Source: Flavobacteriales bacterium (GTDB lineage Bacteria > Bacteroidota > Bacteroidia > Flavobacteriales_F > PHOS-HE28). From it: a stretch of DNA of 64,000 bases. The DNA is taken from assembly GCA_023957375.1 (NCBI GenBank), contig JAMLHB010000001.1:898245-962244 (forward strand). Direction: 5' to 3'. The position numbers were made by a program, and so were the translations under genes. Numbering within the stretch: the first letter of the stretch is position 1; each line of letters begins with the position of its first letter. The notes beneath the pieces were generated by a model. It was not told the DNA's origin. It ran no database searches and saw only the letters and a list, made by a program, of their open reading frames with translations. Shown piece by piece: positions 39,710-49,776 of this stretch.

Positions 39710-41329
39710 CTATCGCATCAACTGCACCGTACGTGTCCACAACGGTACGCCTTCATGGCTGCCCCGCAGCATATAGCTGGCATCTGCCAAACCCGCAAGG
39801 TGAACGGAAACCTCAACTGCCCCGATCGGCCATTTCACCGTGCGAACGACCTGCCCCTGCATGTCGAACAGCTCAACGACCTGTTCCACCCGGCTAGGCA
39901 CTTCGGTACGGACCTGCACTGATGAACTGGCGGGTTGGGGAAAAACGGATGGTCCAAACCCTTCCGGGCCGGATAGCCCAGTAACGACCACTTGAAGAGG
40001 CTCTGAATAGAGCGTGCAAGGGTCACCAAATGACGCAAGCACTTGGTACATTCCGTCGATCACGGGCTCAAAGCTCATTCCCGTTGCTCCGGTTATGGCC
40101 ACACCACCCAGGTACCATTGCCAAGAATCCGCAGCGGTGCTTGTCAGTGTTGCTCCGTCAAAGTCGATCTCTGGATCGGGCATGGGGCAGGCATCCACGA
40201 CCTTCTTGACCAGGTTGTGCTCAACATCGGTCACGTACAACTCACCCGCTGCATCCTGCCCAAATCCTGAAAATCCATATACATCGGTTTGCAAGAGCGT
40301 GTCCACATCGAAGTTTTCGCCGAAGGATAAAAAGTCGCCGTTGCAATAATCGGTGAAGATGTATTTGCCAAACAGGTGCGGGAAGCGCGTTCCCCGGTAC
40401 ACATACCCTCCGATGACCGAGCACCATCCCTGCTGGCCGTGATCAAATGCCGCCACGGGTTCCACAAAAGGGCCCAACGCGGCGCAACCGCTCTGGTTGA
40501 CACCTGGCGTGGGGATATAGGCTTCCCGGCAGCGCCAACCGAAATTGGGGCCGTTGTTGTTCCCGGCTGGCCAAAAATCAACCTCCTCCCACTGGTTTTG
40601 GCCCACGTCACCGATCCAAAGGTCACCGGCAAGGGCGTCGAAGCTGAACCGCCACGGGTTTCTCAAGCCGCTGGCCCACACCTCGGGCAGCGCCCCAGCG
40701 GTAGCTACAAAGGGATTGTCCGGTGGAATGGCATAGGTGTCGGTGTGCTGGGAAACATCGATCCTGATCATCTTGCCCAAGGCCGCGCCCAAGTTTTGCG
40801 CGTTGCCTTGCGGATCGTTCTGATCGCCACCATCCCCAAAACCGCAATAGAGGTAACCGTCGGGGCCGAATTGCAGGCATCCCCCATTGTGGTTGGTGAA
40901 TGGTTGTGGCACAGTGTATAGGACCACTTCGCTGGATGCATCAGCCACGTTGGGGTCGGCACTGACTTGAAAGCGCGAGATGCGACTGACACCAGGTCCG
41001 CTGCCGTGGGTGTAGTAGACGTAGAAGTAGCCGTTGTCCGCATAACCAGGGTCGAACGCAAGGCCGAGCAGGCCCTGTTCATTGGAGGCGCTCTGCACCA
41101 GCGGGGTGATGTTCAAGAACGGTACCGGCAGCACTTGCATGCTATCCGCAACGATCCGGATGGTTCCTTGCCGCAACACAACGAACAGCCGTTCATCGCC
41201 GGCATGGGTGGCAAATACCGGCTTGCTCAGCCCCGTCGCCCACGTGTGCAGAGCGATGCGGACGGGATTCTGTTGCGCCGGAACCAACAACGGCAATGAA
41301 AGCAGGAGTATGAGGATCGCCTTTTTCAT
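39710..41329 (-). CDS. PQQ-dependent sugar (aldose/sorbosone) dehydrogenase with T9SS type A C-terminal sorting domain
   Basis: Signal peptide. Beta-propeller motifs (HNGGCLQFGPDGYLY, RNPWRFSFD) typical of YliI/sGDH. C-terminal Por-tail (VFPQPASSSVQV...ASYMLRG). Confidence 0.85.
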   Translation of the reverse strand: MKKAILILLLSLPLLVPAQQNPVRIALHTWATGLSKPVFATHAGDERLFVVLRQGTIRIVADSMQVLPVPFLNITPLVQSASNEQGLLGLAFDPGYADNGYFYVYYTHGSGPGVSRISRFQVSADPNVADASSEVVLYTVPQPFTNHNGGCLQFGPDGYLYCGFGDGGDQNDPQGNAQNLGAALGKMIRIDVSQHTDTYAIPPDNPFVATAGALPEVWASGLRNPWRFSFDALAGDLWIGDVGQNQWEEVDFWPAGNNNGPNFGWRCREAYIPTPGVNQSGCAALGPFVEPVAAFDHGQQGWCSVIGGYVYRGTRFPHLFGKYIFTDYCNGDFLSFGENFDVDTLLQTDVYGFSGFGQDAAGELYVTDVEHNLVKKVVDACPMPDPEIDFDGATLTSTAADSWQWYLGGVAITGATGMSFEPVIDGMYQVLASFGDPCTLYSEPLQVVVTGLSGPEGFGPSVFPQPASSSVQVRTEVPSRVEQVVELFDMQGQVVRTVKWPIGAVEVSVHLAGLADASYMLRGSHEGVPLWTRTVQLMR

Positions 41330-41439
41330 GGTAGCCGGATTTTTGTTTGAAGGTGCGAAAATTAACCGCTTGGTGCATCACTCGCGCCCCGCCCGCACCG
41401 GCCTTGAACAACCATCGGCCCGGCCATGGGCCGCGAAGT

Positions 41440-41447
41440 TAAATTTG
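41440..41447 (+). promoter_or_regulatory. candidate -7 box TAAATTTG for prfC
   Basis: Exact TAnnTTTG match 17 bp upstream of the ATG at 41465. It lies inside the longer ORF-track start (41426), which argues for the shorter start. Confidence 0.4.
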
Positions 41448-41464
41448 CAGCCCTTTTTCAGTCC

Positions 41465-43060
41465 ATGGGCCAATCAGAGGAAATCGCCAAGCGGCGCACG
41501 TTTGCCATCATCAGCCACCCGGATGCCGGGAAAACCACCCTTACGGAAAAATTCCTCCTGTATGGGGGGGCCATCCAAACCGCCGGGGCGGTAAAAAGCA
41601 ACAAGATCCGCAAGGGTGCCACGAGCGACTTCATGGACATCGAGCGGCAACGAGGCATCTCGGTCACCACATCGGTGATGACCTTTGAATACCAAGGGGT
41701 GCTGATCAACCTGCTGGACACACCGGGCCACAAGGATTTTGCGGAAGACACCTACCGCACCCTTACCGCCGTGGACAGCGTGGTGCTGGTAATCGATTCC
41801 ACCAAGGGCGTGGAACCCCAGACGGAGCGCCTGATGGAAGTGTGCCGCATGCGCAACACCCCGGTGATCGTCTTCATCAACAAACTGGACCTCGAAGGAC
41901 TCGACCCTTTCTCCCTGCTGGACGAACTGGAAGAGAAGCTGAGCATCAAGGTGCGCCCGCTCAGTTGGCCCATTGGCGTGGGCGCAACTTTCAAAGGGGT
42001 ATATGACCTGTACGACCAGGACCTCAAGCTCTTCGAGTCCATCAAAACCAAAAAAGAAGCGTCCGTGGTGCAGGTGGACAGCTTGCAGGATCCGCAGTTG
42101 GAGCAGCTGCTTGGCGGCGACCTGGCCCGGGAATTGCGCAACGAGGTGGAATTGGTGAACGGCGTGTACGACCCCTTGGACCTCGGGGCGTACCGCTCCG
42201 GCCATCTAGCCCCGGTGTTCTTTGGAAGCGCCTTCAACAACTTCGGCGTGCGCGAGGTGTTGGAAACCTTCGTGCGCATCGCTCCCCCACCGGGCCCGCG
42301 TGAAACGGACCAGGGCATGGTTCAACCCCAGGACCGCGGGTTCAGCGGGTTTGTGTTCAAGATCCACGCAAACCTGGACCCCAACCACCGCGACCGTGTG
42401 GCGTTCCTGCGCATCTGTTCCGGAGAGTTCAAGCGCAACACCTTTTACCACCACGTACGGTTGGGCAAACAATTGCGCTTCGCCAATCCCACGGCCTTTC
42501 TGGCGGCCCAAAAGACACTGGTTGACCAGGCCTGGCCCGGCGACGTGATCGGCCTGTTCGACACGGGCAACTTCAAGATCGGCGACACCCTCACCGATGG
42601 CGCCAACTTCAACTTCCGCGGCATCCCCTCCTTCTCGCCCGAGCTCTTCCGCGAGCTGGTCAACCTGGACCCGATGAAGAGCAAGCAAATGGAGAAGGGC
42701 ATCCGGCAGCTCACCGAGGAAGGAGTCGCACAACTCTTTACCCAGCAGCCGGGCAACAAGAAGATCGTGGGGTGCGTGGGCGAACTGCAATTCGACGTGA
42801 TCCGCTACCGCCTGGAGCATGAGTATGGCGCCGCTTGTTCCTTCCAGGCCATCCAAGCGCACAAGGCGTGTTGGATCACCAGCGACGATGAAGGCGCACT
42901 GGATGCGTTCATCCGCATCAAATCCACACAGATCGTGCGGGACAAGGACGACAACCCCGTCTTTATGGCTCCCTCCGCGTACATGCTCGACCTGGAGCGC
43001 CGGAACAACCCGGAGATCATCTTCCACCTGACCAACGAATTCAAGACCGTACAGGTTTAG
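41465..43060 (+). CDS. prfC: peptide chain release factor 3
   Basis: [29 protein letters not shown] and NKLD GTPase motifs. N-terminal spacing matches E. coli RF3. Confidence 0.9.
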   Translation: MGQSEEIAKRRTFAIISHPDAGKTTLTEKFLLYGGAIQTAGAVKSNKIRKGATSDFMDIERQRGISVTTSVMTFEYQGVLINLLDTPGHKDFAEDTYRTLTAVDSVVLVIDSTKGVEPQTERLMEVCRMRNTPVIVFINKLDLEGLDPFSLLDELEEKLSIKVRPLSWPIGVGATFKGVYDLYDQDLKLFESIKTKKEASVVQVDSLQDPQLEQLLGGDLARELRNEVELVNGVYDPLDLGAYRSGHLAPVFFGSAFNNFGVREVLETFVRIAPPPGPRETDQGMVQPQDRGFSGFVFKIHANLDPNHRDRVAFLRICSGEFKRNTFYHHVRLGKQLRFANPTAFLAAQKTLVDQAWPGDVIGLFDTGNFKIGDTLTDGANFNFRGIPSFSPELFRELVNLDPMKSKQMEKGIRQLTEEGVAQLFTQQPGNKKIVGCVGELQFDVIRYRLEHEYGAACSFQAIQAHKACWITSDDEGALDAFIRIKSTQIVRDKDDNPVFMAPSAYMLDLERRNNPEIIFHLTNEFKTVQV

Positions 43061-43166
43061 GTCCGGCACGAGGATTGCCCATCGCCGCGCACATCGGTGT
43101 TGAAAAGCGTAAAACGATCGTTAAGCCGGGCACCATGGCCCCACACCCCCCAATACATTTGGACCT

Positions 43167-44657
43167 ATGAAGAACAACGTTCTCCTTGCCGCTTTCCTCG
43201 GTTGTGCAGCCGCCGTTTCCGCCCAGCAGCCCCAGCGCATGCAGTTCACCATCGAAGGCACGGCCAACGACACGATCTACTTGGCCAACTACTTCGGCAA
43301 CAAGCTCTACTATGCCGACACCACCGTGGCCAATGCCAAAGGAGTGGCCGTCTTCAACAAGGCGGCCGGATACAAGGCGGGCGTATACGCCGTGGTGGTG
43401 CCGGGGCCCAAATACTTCGAGTTCCTTGCAGGGGAGCCGGTGGTGGAAATGAAGAGCGATACGGCTGCCCTCAATGAGCATCTGACCGTGGAGCGCTCGT
43501 TGGAAAACCAACTGTTCCAAGGCTATGTCCGATTCCTCGGCGAGAAGAAGCAGGAGGCCGAGAAACTGCGGCAGAAGATGGAAGCCACGGCGGACCCCAT
43601 TGCCAAAGGCGCAATAAAGGAACGGTTGAAGGGCTTGGATTCGGCCATGATAAACTACCAGAAAGAACTGGTGGCCAACAACCCGAACACCCTTGCGGGC
43701 TACATCGTGAAGATGAGCATGGCACCGGCCAATACCGAGGTGTACAAGGCAGATGGCACCTTGGACAGCGCGGCCAGCTATTACAGTTACAGGCACCATT
43801 TTTGGGACAATACCGACCTGAAGGATCCGCGCAACCTGAGGATCCCGGTGTTCCAGAACCGTTTCGACGAGTACATCGGCAAGGTGATCCCGCAGATCCC
43901 GGATACCATCAACCACTACGCCGACGACCTGATCAACCGCATGGACGACGGGGGCGACCTCTTCAAGTTCGCCGTCAACGGCATCACCTACAAGTACGAA
44001 ACCAGCGACGTGATGGGCATGGACGCCGTTTTCGTGCACATGGCCAAGACCTATTACTGCGACAACGGCGACCGCAAGGGACGCGCCAACTGGATGTCCG
44101 CCGAGAAGCTGGAAAAGCTGTGCGAAAGGGCAAAAAAGGAAGCACCGTTGATCATCGGGGCGCAGGCCAGGGACATTATTCTGACGGATACCACCGAAGC
44201 CAATTGGGTCAGCATGTACAAGATGCCCGAGCGGTATGTGTTCATCATCTTTTGGGATCCGCACTGCGGCCACTGCAAGAAGGTGCTCCCCACGATCCAT
44301 GAAGACTGGAAGGCGAAGTTGAAACCGCTGGGCGTGGGAGTCTACGCCGTTGCCAAGGCCACCGACAGCACCCTGTTCAACGACTGGAAGGCGTTCATCA
44401 AGACCAACGACCTGGACTGGACCAACGTGGGCCTGACCTGGCATGTGTTCAAAGAAGCCAAAACCGCATCTTGGAAATTCATCCCCAAGTACACCACCAT
44501 CGAGAGCCTGAACTATGCCGACACTTGGGATGTGTACAGCACACCCCGCTTTTTCCTGGTGGACCAGGACCGCAAGATCGTGGCCAAGCAGTTGGACGTG
44601 GACCAGATGGTGGAATTAGTGAAGGCTTTGGACAAGCGGAACCCACCAATGAAATAG
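43167..44657 (+). CDS. TlpA-like thioredoxin-fold thiol-disulfide oxidoreductase with N-terminal DUF4369-like domain
   Basis: Signal peptide; C-terminal FIIFWDPHCGHCKK (CxxC thioredoxin motif). Confidence 0.75.
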   Translation: MKNNVLLAAFLGCAAAVSAQQPQRMQFTIEGTANDTIYLANYFGNKLYYADTTVANAKGVAVFNKAAGYKAGVYAVVVPGPKYFEFLAGEPVVEMKSDTAALNEHLTVERSLENQLFQGYVRFLGEKKQEAEKLRQKMEATADPIAKGAIKERLKGLDSAMINYQKELVANNPNTLAGYIVKMSMAPANTEVYKADGTLDSAASYYSYRHHFWDNTDLKDPRNLRIPVFQNRFDEYIGKVIPQIPDTINHYADDLINRMDDGGDLFKFAVNGITYKYETSDVMGMDAVFVHMAKTYYCDNGDRKGRANWMSAEKLEKLCERAKKEAPLIIGAQARDIILTDTTEANWVSMYKMPERYVFIIFWDPHCGHCKKVLPTIHEDWKAKLKPLGVGVYAVAKATDSTLFNDWKAFIKTNDLDWTNVGLTWHVFKEAKTASWKFIPKYTTIESLNYADTWDVYSTPRFFLVDQDRKIVAKQLDVDQMVELVKALDKRNPPMK

Positions 44658-44662
44658 CCTTG

Positions 44663-45742
44663 TCAAACGCGGGCCGTACGTTGCCGCAGCCAATGATCGG
44701 CCAAAACCAGGCAGACCATGGCCTCCACAATGGGCACTGCGCGCGGCACCACGCACGGGTCGTGCCGCCCCCGCCCTTCCAGCACCACGGCACGGCCATC
44801 ACGTCCCACACTGTCCTGCGGTTTCATCAAGGTGCTCACGGGTTTGAAAGCCACGTCAAAGAGCAGGTCCTCCCCATTGCTGATGCCGCCCTGTACACCA
44901 CCGCTGCGGTTGGTGGCCATGCCAATGGCGCCCGCTTTCAGGACATAGGGATCATTGTGTTCCGACCCGCGCAATGAAATGGCGTCGAACCCGCTGCCAA
45001 ACTGCACGCCTTTTACCGCATTGATGCTGAACAATGCCTTGCCCAGGTCGGCGTGCAGCTTGTCGAACACGGGCTCGCCCAAGCCGGCCGGCACTCCCCG
45101 GGCCACGCAGGAGATCCTGCCCCCTAGTGTATCCCCTTCGGCCCGCGCCTCTTCGATCACTGCAACCATGCGGGCCGCTGTGTTCTCATCGGGGCAGCGC
45201 ACGTCGTTTCGGTAAACCAGGTCCAACTTCAGTTCCCTGTACGGCCTTACGAGACGTTCCGCACCAACTTGGCTTACCCAACCATTTACGGTAATGTCAG
45301 CGGTTGCCAGCAATTGGCGGGCGATGGCGCCCGCAGCCACGCGCACGGCCGTTTCGCGCGCACTGGCCCTTCCCCCGCCCCGATGGTCCCTCAATCCGAA
45401 CTTCTGTTCCCAGGTCAGGTCCGCGTGGCCCGGGCGGAAAGCATCCTTCAGATGGTCATAATCAGCACCGCGTGCATCCTTGTTCCTGATGATGAACGCG
45501 ATGGGCGTGCCCAAGGTGGCTCCGCCGAACACGCCGCTGAGGAACTCCACCGTGTCGCTCTCCTGCCGTGCGGTCCCCAACGGCGTGCTGCCAGGGCGGC
45601 GGCGGTCCAGCTCCGCCTGCACGGCCGCCAAGTCCAGCTTCAGCCCGGCCGGGCAGCCGTCCACCACACCACCAATGGCCGCGCCATGGCTTTCCCCGAA
45701 GCTGGTGAGCCGAAAGAGCGTTCCGAAGCTGTTGCCCGCCAT
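44663..45742 (-). CDS. aroC: chorismate synthase
   Basis: GNSFGTLFRLTSFGESHG, GGRASARET and GVQGGISNGE motifs. Start trimmed to ATG 45742. Confidence 0.9.
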   Translation of the reverse strand: MAGNSFGTLFRLTSFGESHGAAIGGVVDGCPAGLKLDLAAVQAELDRRRPGSTPLGTARQESDTVEFLSGVFGGATLGTPIAFIIRNKDARGADYDHLKDAFRPGHADLTWEQKFGLRDHRGGGRASARETAVRVAAGAIARQLLATADITVNGWVSQVGAERLVRPYRELKLDLVYRNDVRCPDENTAARMVAVIEEARAEGDTLGGRISCVARGVPAGLGEPVFDKLHADLGKALFSINAVKGVQFGSGFDAISLRGSEHNDPYVLKAGAIGMATNRSGGVQGGISNGEDLLFDVAFKPVSTLMKPQDSVGRDGRAVVLEGRGRHDPCVVPRAVPIVEAMVCLVLADHWLRQRTARV

Positions 45743-45807
45743 GCCGCGAAGGTACAGGTGGACACCGCCGTTGCACGGGTTGTTTCTTTGCACCCACACC
45801 GCACACC

Positions 45808-46368
45808 ATGCACGGCCCGGTTCTTCCAAACGGCGCCTTGAGCGAGGCATCGGTCCTGTTGCTCCATGCGGTGAGCGATGTGGACTGTGACGTGCTGCGC
45901 GCAGCACGCATCCGCCCATCGCATGCAAACTGGCTGCACGCACCGTGGTATCCAGCCCATCGCGGCGGCGCAATTACTGTTGGGCGCACCATCTGGTTCA
46001 CGCCGGGCTGGTTCGACCCAATGGGGTTGGGCGATGGAAGTCTGCGCTCCACGCACGCTTGGTTGCTGCACCTGGCCCATGAAGTGGGCCATCTGGCGCA
46101 GGCCCGGCGGTTTGGCCCCGGCTTATTGGGAAAGGCCCGCTATGTGGCCGCCTTCACCAGGCAATATGCCTGGCGGGCCCTGCTGCTGAGATGGCCGGTG
46201 CACGATGGCAGCCCGTTGGAACAGGAAGCTGAAGAGGGTAGGCAGGTGTTGCTACGGATCACAGCGGAGCTTGGGGAACAGCATCCGTTGATATTGGCCG
46301 TACACGAAGGCGATGCCGGCGGCGTATGCCAATGGTGCACCCTCCATGCGACGAAGCTGGCCAGATAA
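45808..46368 (+). CDS. DUF4157 domain-containing protein (putative zinc metallopeptidase-like, HExxH)
   Basis: GAITVGRTIWFTPGWFDP ... LLHLAHEVGHLAQ matches the DUF4157 core (A.TvG..I.F..G...P ... LLAHE..H). Divergent from aroC. Confidence 0.55.
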   Translation: MHGPVLPNGALSEASVLLLHAVSDVDCDVLRAARIRPSHANWLHAPWYPAHRGGAITVGRTIWFTPGWFDPMGLGDGSLRSTHAWLLHLAHEVGHLAQARRFGPGLLGKARYVAAFTRQYAWRALLLRWPVHDGSPLEQEAEEGRQVLLRITAELGEQHPLILAVHEGDAGGVCQWCTLHATKLAR

Positions 46369-46385
46369 CCCTGCACAGGTTGAGG

Positions 46386-47441
46386 TCACCGGGCGATGAC
46401 CACGTGCTGCACCGCTCCTTTTCCCAGCGCGCGGAGCACATATGCACCCGGGGCCACGTCGGAAACATCCAATTGAGCCCTTGTGCCTTTCGACGACCAG
46501 GTGCGCACTACCCGGCCATCACCGGAAAGCAGCACCAGTTCACCGGTTCCCATGCCCTCCACATGCAGCACGGTGGACGCAGGGTTGGGCCACGCACGCA
46601 CCACCTTCGGGCCAGCCACCGCCGCCCCCCCGGTAACAATGTCCTCCGGGTCGTAATGGAAACGCACCACTGTGTTCACCCCGCCCAAGGTGGTGATTTG
46701 GAGAACAGGCTGATCCATGCCCGTTGCGATCCATTTGTATTCCACGGTTTCCGGCTCAGGCACGGAGAAGCCCATGTTCAACTGGTCGATGTGAACGGTG
46801 TCCGTGCGCAGGATGCGGGATTTGACCCGGAGCACCTCGAAGGTGTCGGTCGGCAGATAGAGCGTACCCCACCCGTCCACTTCGTTGTACCGTATTTGGT
46901 CTTGCCCGAAGTAGCCCAACAGCGGCACGGAAACCTGGAAGTGGCTGATGGATGTATCCTGGTCACCGAAATTCAGCGGGAAGCGGTAGATCCAGTCCAC
47001 GGGGTTGCGTTGGGTGGAGGTGGGCAGGCCGTTGAGGTTGGCCCCGAACCCGACGTTGCGGAAGCCTTCCGAATTGTTCTTGTAGTAATCGAACAGGTTG
47101 CTCAGCGAGAATCCCTGCATGCCGATGTTCGCGCCACGCATGGCAAAGTTGGCCTTGTGTTCCGGGTAGAGCAGGGAGTTGTTGAAAAAGAGCTGGTAGG
47201 CCAGCGGCGTGCTCCCCACCGTCACCATGGTGTCCGCCCCCTCCGTCCCGGGCTCCAGCGCACTGAAATCCCAGGTGTGGTCCGCACCGGTGGTCGCTGC
47301 GTCGGCCGTGGTGGTGGTATTGCTGTATCGCACGGTATCCCCGGCGGAAGGCATGTCCGCCTGGGTAATGGTGATCTGGGTGAACGCAGCCGTTCCGCAT
47401 GCGGACAGGAGCAAAGCCAAAGGGGTGCGAAGGGATTTCAT
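46386..47441 (-). CDS. hypothetical T9SS-secreted protein (type A C-terminal sorting domain)
   Basis: Signal peptide MKSLRTPLALLLSACGTAAFTQ at ATG 47441. C-terminal VVRAWPNPASTVLHVEG...GAYVLRALGKG Por-tail. The ORF-track extension to 48404 overlaps a + strand gene and is not credible. Confidence 0.65.
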   Translation of the reverse strand: MKSLRTPLALLLSACGTAAFTQITITQADMPSAGDTVRYSNTTTTADAATTGADHTWDFSALEPGTEGADTMVTVGSTPLAYQLFFNNSLLYPEHKANFAMRGANIGMQGFSLSNLFDYYKNNSEGFRNVGFGANLNGLPTSTQRNPVDWIYRFPLNFGDQDTSISHFQVSVPLLGYFGQDQIRYNEVDGWGTLYLPTDTFEVLRVKSRILRTDTVHIDQLNMGFSVPEPETVEYKWIATGMDQPVLQITTLGGVNTVVRFHYDPEDIVTGGAAVAGPKVVRAWPNPASTVLHVEGMGTGELVLLSGDGRVVRTWSSKGTRAQLDVSDVAPGAYVLRALGKGAVQHVVIAR

Positions 47442-47543
47442 GGAGCCAAAGTAGTGCACGGTCAGAAGCGCGCAATCCCGAGGCGGGAAAGCGCCCTGCT
47501 CTTTCGGCACGGGATCGGACGGGGGCCGGTTAACTTTGCGCGG

Positions 47544-48170
47544 ATGAGGACGCTCTCCCTGCTTATATGCCTGTTGTTCGCGTGCACCCTGTGGGCTCAA
47601 TCCAAGCCGGACCGCAAGCTGGTGCAATTCAGCGGAGTAGTGGTTACCGGCGACAGCCTGGAACCGGTGCCGTTCGCCAGCATCCTCACCAAGGGCAGCT
47701 ACCGGGGCACCATCAGTGATGTGTATGGCTACTTCAGTTTCGTGGCGCAAACGGGTGACACTGTTGAATTCGCAGCCGTGGGGTTCAAGCGCGGGAGCTA
47801 TACGATCCCCGATTCCCTGGACGGGAACAAGTATTCGATGATCCACGTGCTGATGCCTGACACGGTGTTGCTGCGGCCGCTCGAAGTCTATCCGTGGCCC
47901 AGCAAGGAGCAATTCCGCGAGGCGTTCATGGCCTTGGACCTCACCGAAAGCGAGTACCAGCGCACCCTGCGGCACCTGAACAGCGCCGAAGCGATCCAGC
48001 GCATGGAGAACCTGCCGCCCGATGCAGGACTGGCCGCACATTACCAAAGTGCGTTGGACAATACCCGCATCTACAATCAGGGCATGGCGCCCACGGTAAA
48101 CTTGTTCAACCCCATCGCCTGGGCGCAGTTCATCCAAGCGTGGCGCACCGGCAAGCTTAAGCGGCAGTAG
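47544..48170 (+). CDS. CarboxypepD_reg-like domain protein
   Basis: Signal peptide MRTLSLLICLLFACTLWAQ followed by FSGVVVTGDSLEPVPFASILTKGSYRGTISDVYGYFSF. Confidence 0.6.
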   Translation: MRTLSLLICLLFACTLWAQSKPDRKLVQFSGVVVTGDSLEPVPFASILTKGSYRGTISDVYGYFSFVAQTGDTVEFAAVGFKRGSYTIPDSLDGNKYSMIHVLMPDTVLLRPLEVYPWPSKEQFREAFMALDLTESEYQRTLRHLNSAEAIQRMENLPPDAGLAAHYQSALDNTRIYNQGMAPTVNLFNPIAWAQFIQAWRTGKLKRQ

Positions 48171-48242
48171 CCGGAAAGGCACCGGGGTACCCGGGCAGTA
48201 CCCCGTTGACCTTTGGCGGCACGTGCATTCCTTTGCGCAACC

Positions 48243-49664
48243 ATGGCAGATCCACGGGATACCTTTCTGGAAAACATCGCCGTCACCGGCTGGGCGGCCA
48301 AAGGCAAGGCCTTGGCCAAGGTGGACGGATTGGTGGTCTTCATCACCGGTGCGGTGCCCGGTGACGTGGTGGACCTGCGCATCACCCGGAAGAAGAAAAG
48401 CCACGCTGAAGCGGAAATGGTCCGCTTGGTGCGGCCCTCACCGGATCGCACGGTACCCTTCTGCAAGCACTTCGGCACGTGTGGCGGTTGCACTTGGCAA
48501 CACCTCTCCTACCCGGCCCAACTCGTTTTCAAGCGCCAAGAGGCCATCGACAACCTGGAGCGGCTCGGCGGCCTGCAGCTGCCCGAGGTACCGCCTGCCC
48601 TGGCCTCCCCGGAAGACCGGTTCTACCGCAACAAGCTGGAGTACTCGTTCAGCGCACAGCGCTGGTTCAGCAAGGAAGAACTCGAAAGCGGGGAGCACTT
48701 CACGGACCGCCGGGCCTTGGGGTTCCACTTGCCGGGCCGCTTCGACAAGGTGCTGGATATTTCCGAATGCTGGATGCAACCTGCCCCGAGCGATGCCATC
48801 CGGAACTTCATCCGCGCGTACAGCGCCAGCCACGGCCTAAGCCATTATGACATCCGGCGGCACGAAGGCTGGCTGCGCACGCTCACCATCCGCACCACCA
48901 CCACCGGCGAAACCATGGTACTGCTGGCCTTCGGCCATGAACAGCGGGAAAACCGGGAACTCCTGCTGCACGCCCTGCTGGCGGAATTCCCCGGCATCAC
49001 CTCCCTGCTCTGGTGCATCAACCCGAAGAAAAACGACACCATCTGGGACTTGGAGATCCATACCTTCCACGGCCGCGATCATGTTGTTGAGCAGCTGCCG
49101 GACGAAGGCTTCGCGCCCCTGCAGTTCCGCATCGGCGCCAAGAGCTTCTTCCAGGTGAACCCGCGACAGACCTTGGCCATGTACCAGTTGGTGCGCGAAC
49201 TGGCCGGACTGAAAGGTGGCGAACACGTGTATGACCTGTACTGTGGCGCAGGCACCATCTCCCTCTTCCTTGCGAGGCATTGTGCGCGGGTGACCGGTGC
49301 CGAGATCGTGCCCGATGCCGTAAAGGACGCCCAGGCCAATGCGGCGCTCAACGCCATCGGCAATGTGGCATTCAAAGCAGGCGACCTGAAGGACCTGCTG
49401 GACGCCGCCTTCGTGGCGCGCCACGGCAAGCCCGATGTGTTGGTGACCGACCCGCCGCGCGCGGGCATGCACGAGGCGGTGGTGGCAAGGATCCTGGAGA
49501 TGGCCCCGCCCGTGGTGGTCTATGTGAGCTGCAACCCGGCCACCCAGGCCCGTGACCTTGGCTTGTTGAAACAGGATTACCGCATCACCCACATCCAACC
49601 GTTGGACATGTTTCCCCAAACGGCGCACGTGGAAAACGTGGTGCGGCTGGAGCGTATCGGTTGA
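48243..49664 (+). CDS. rlmD: 23S rRNA (uracil1939-C5)-methyltransferase
   Basis: TRAM domain, 4Fe-4S Cys cluster (CKHFGTCGGCTWQH), SAM-MTase motifs (DLYCGAGT, DPPRAG). Confidence 0.85.
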   Translation: MADPRDTFLENIAVTGWAAKGKALAKVDGLVVFITGAVPGDVVDLRITRKKKSHAEAEMVRLVRPSPDRTVPFCKHFGTCGGCTWQHLSYPAQLVFKRQEAIDNLERLGGLQLPEVPPALASPEDRFYRNKLEYSFSAQRWFSKEELESGEHFTDRRALGFHLPGRFDKVLDISECWMQPAPSDAIRNFIRAYSASHGLSHYDIRRHEGWLRTLTIRTTTTGETMVLLAFGHEQRENRELLLHALLAEFPGITSLLWCINPKKNDTIWDLEIHTFHGRDHVVEQLPDEGFAPLQFRIGAKSFFQVNPRQTLAMYQLVRELAGLKGGEHVYDLYCGAGTISLFLARHCARVTGAEIVPDAVKDAQANAALNAIGNVAFKAGDLKDLLDAAFVARHGKPDVLVTDPPRAGMHEAVVARILEMAPPVVVYVSCNPATQARDLGLLKQDYRITHIQPLDMFPQTAHVENVVRLERIG

Positions 49665-49776
49665 TCACCGAGGCAGGGGTATCCGTATCTTCACCTATTA
49701 TCGGCCGATCCACCGATCGGCACCTTTCAACCTTGGCATGAAAATTGGCGGAAATGCACTGATAATCCACGGAAAG

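Noticed and set aside
41474-43069. Two minus-strand ORFs (243 and 287 aa)
   Set aside because: Antisense to prfC.
43041-44444. 467-aa minus-strand ORF
   Set aside because: Antisense to the TlpA-like gene; no motifs.
47442-48404. Upstream two-thirds of the 672-aa minus ORF
   Set aside because: It overlaps the well-formed + strand CarboxypepD_reg gene and the rlmD start. The real gene begins at the signal peptide ATG 47441.
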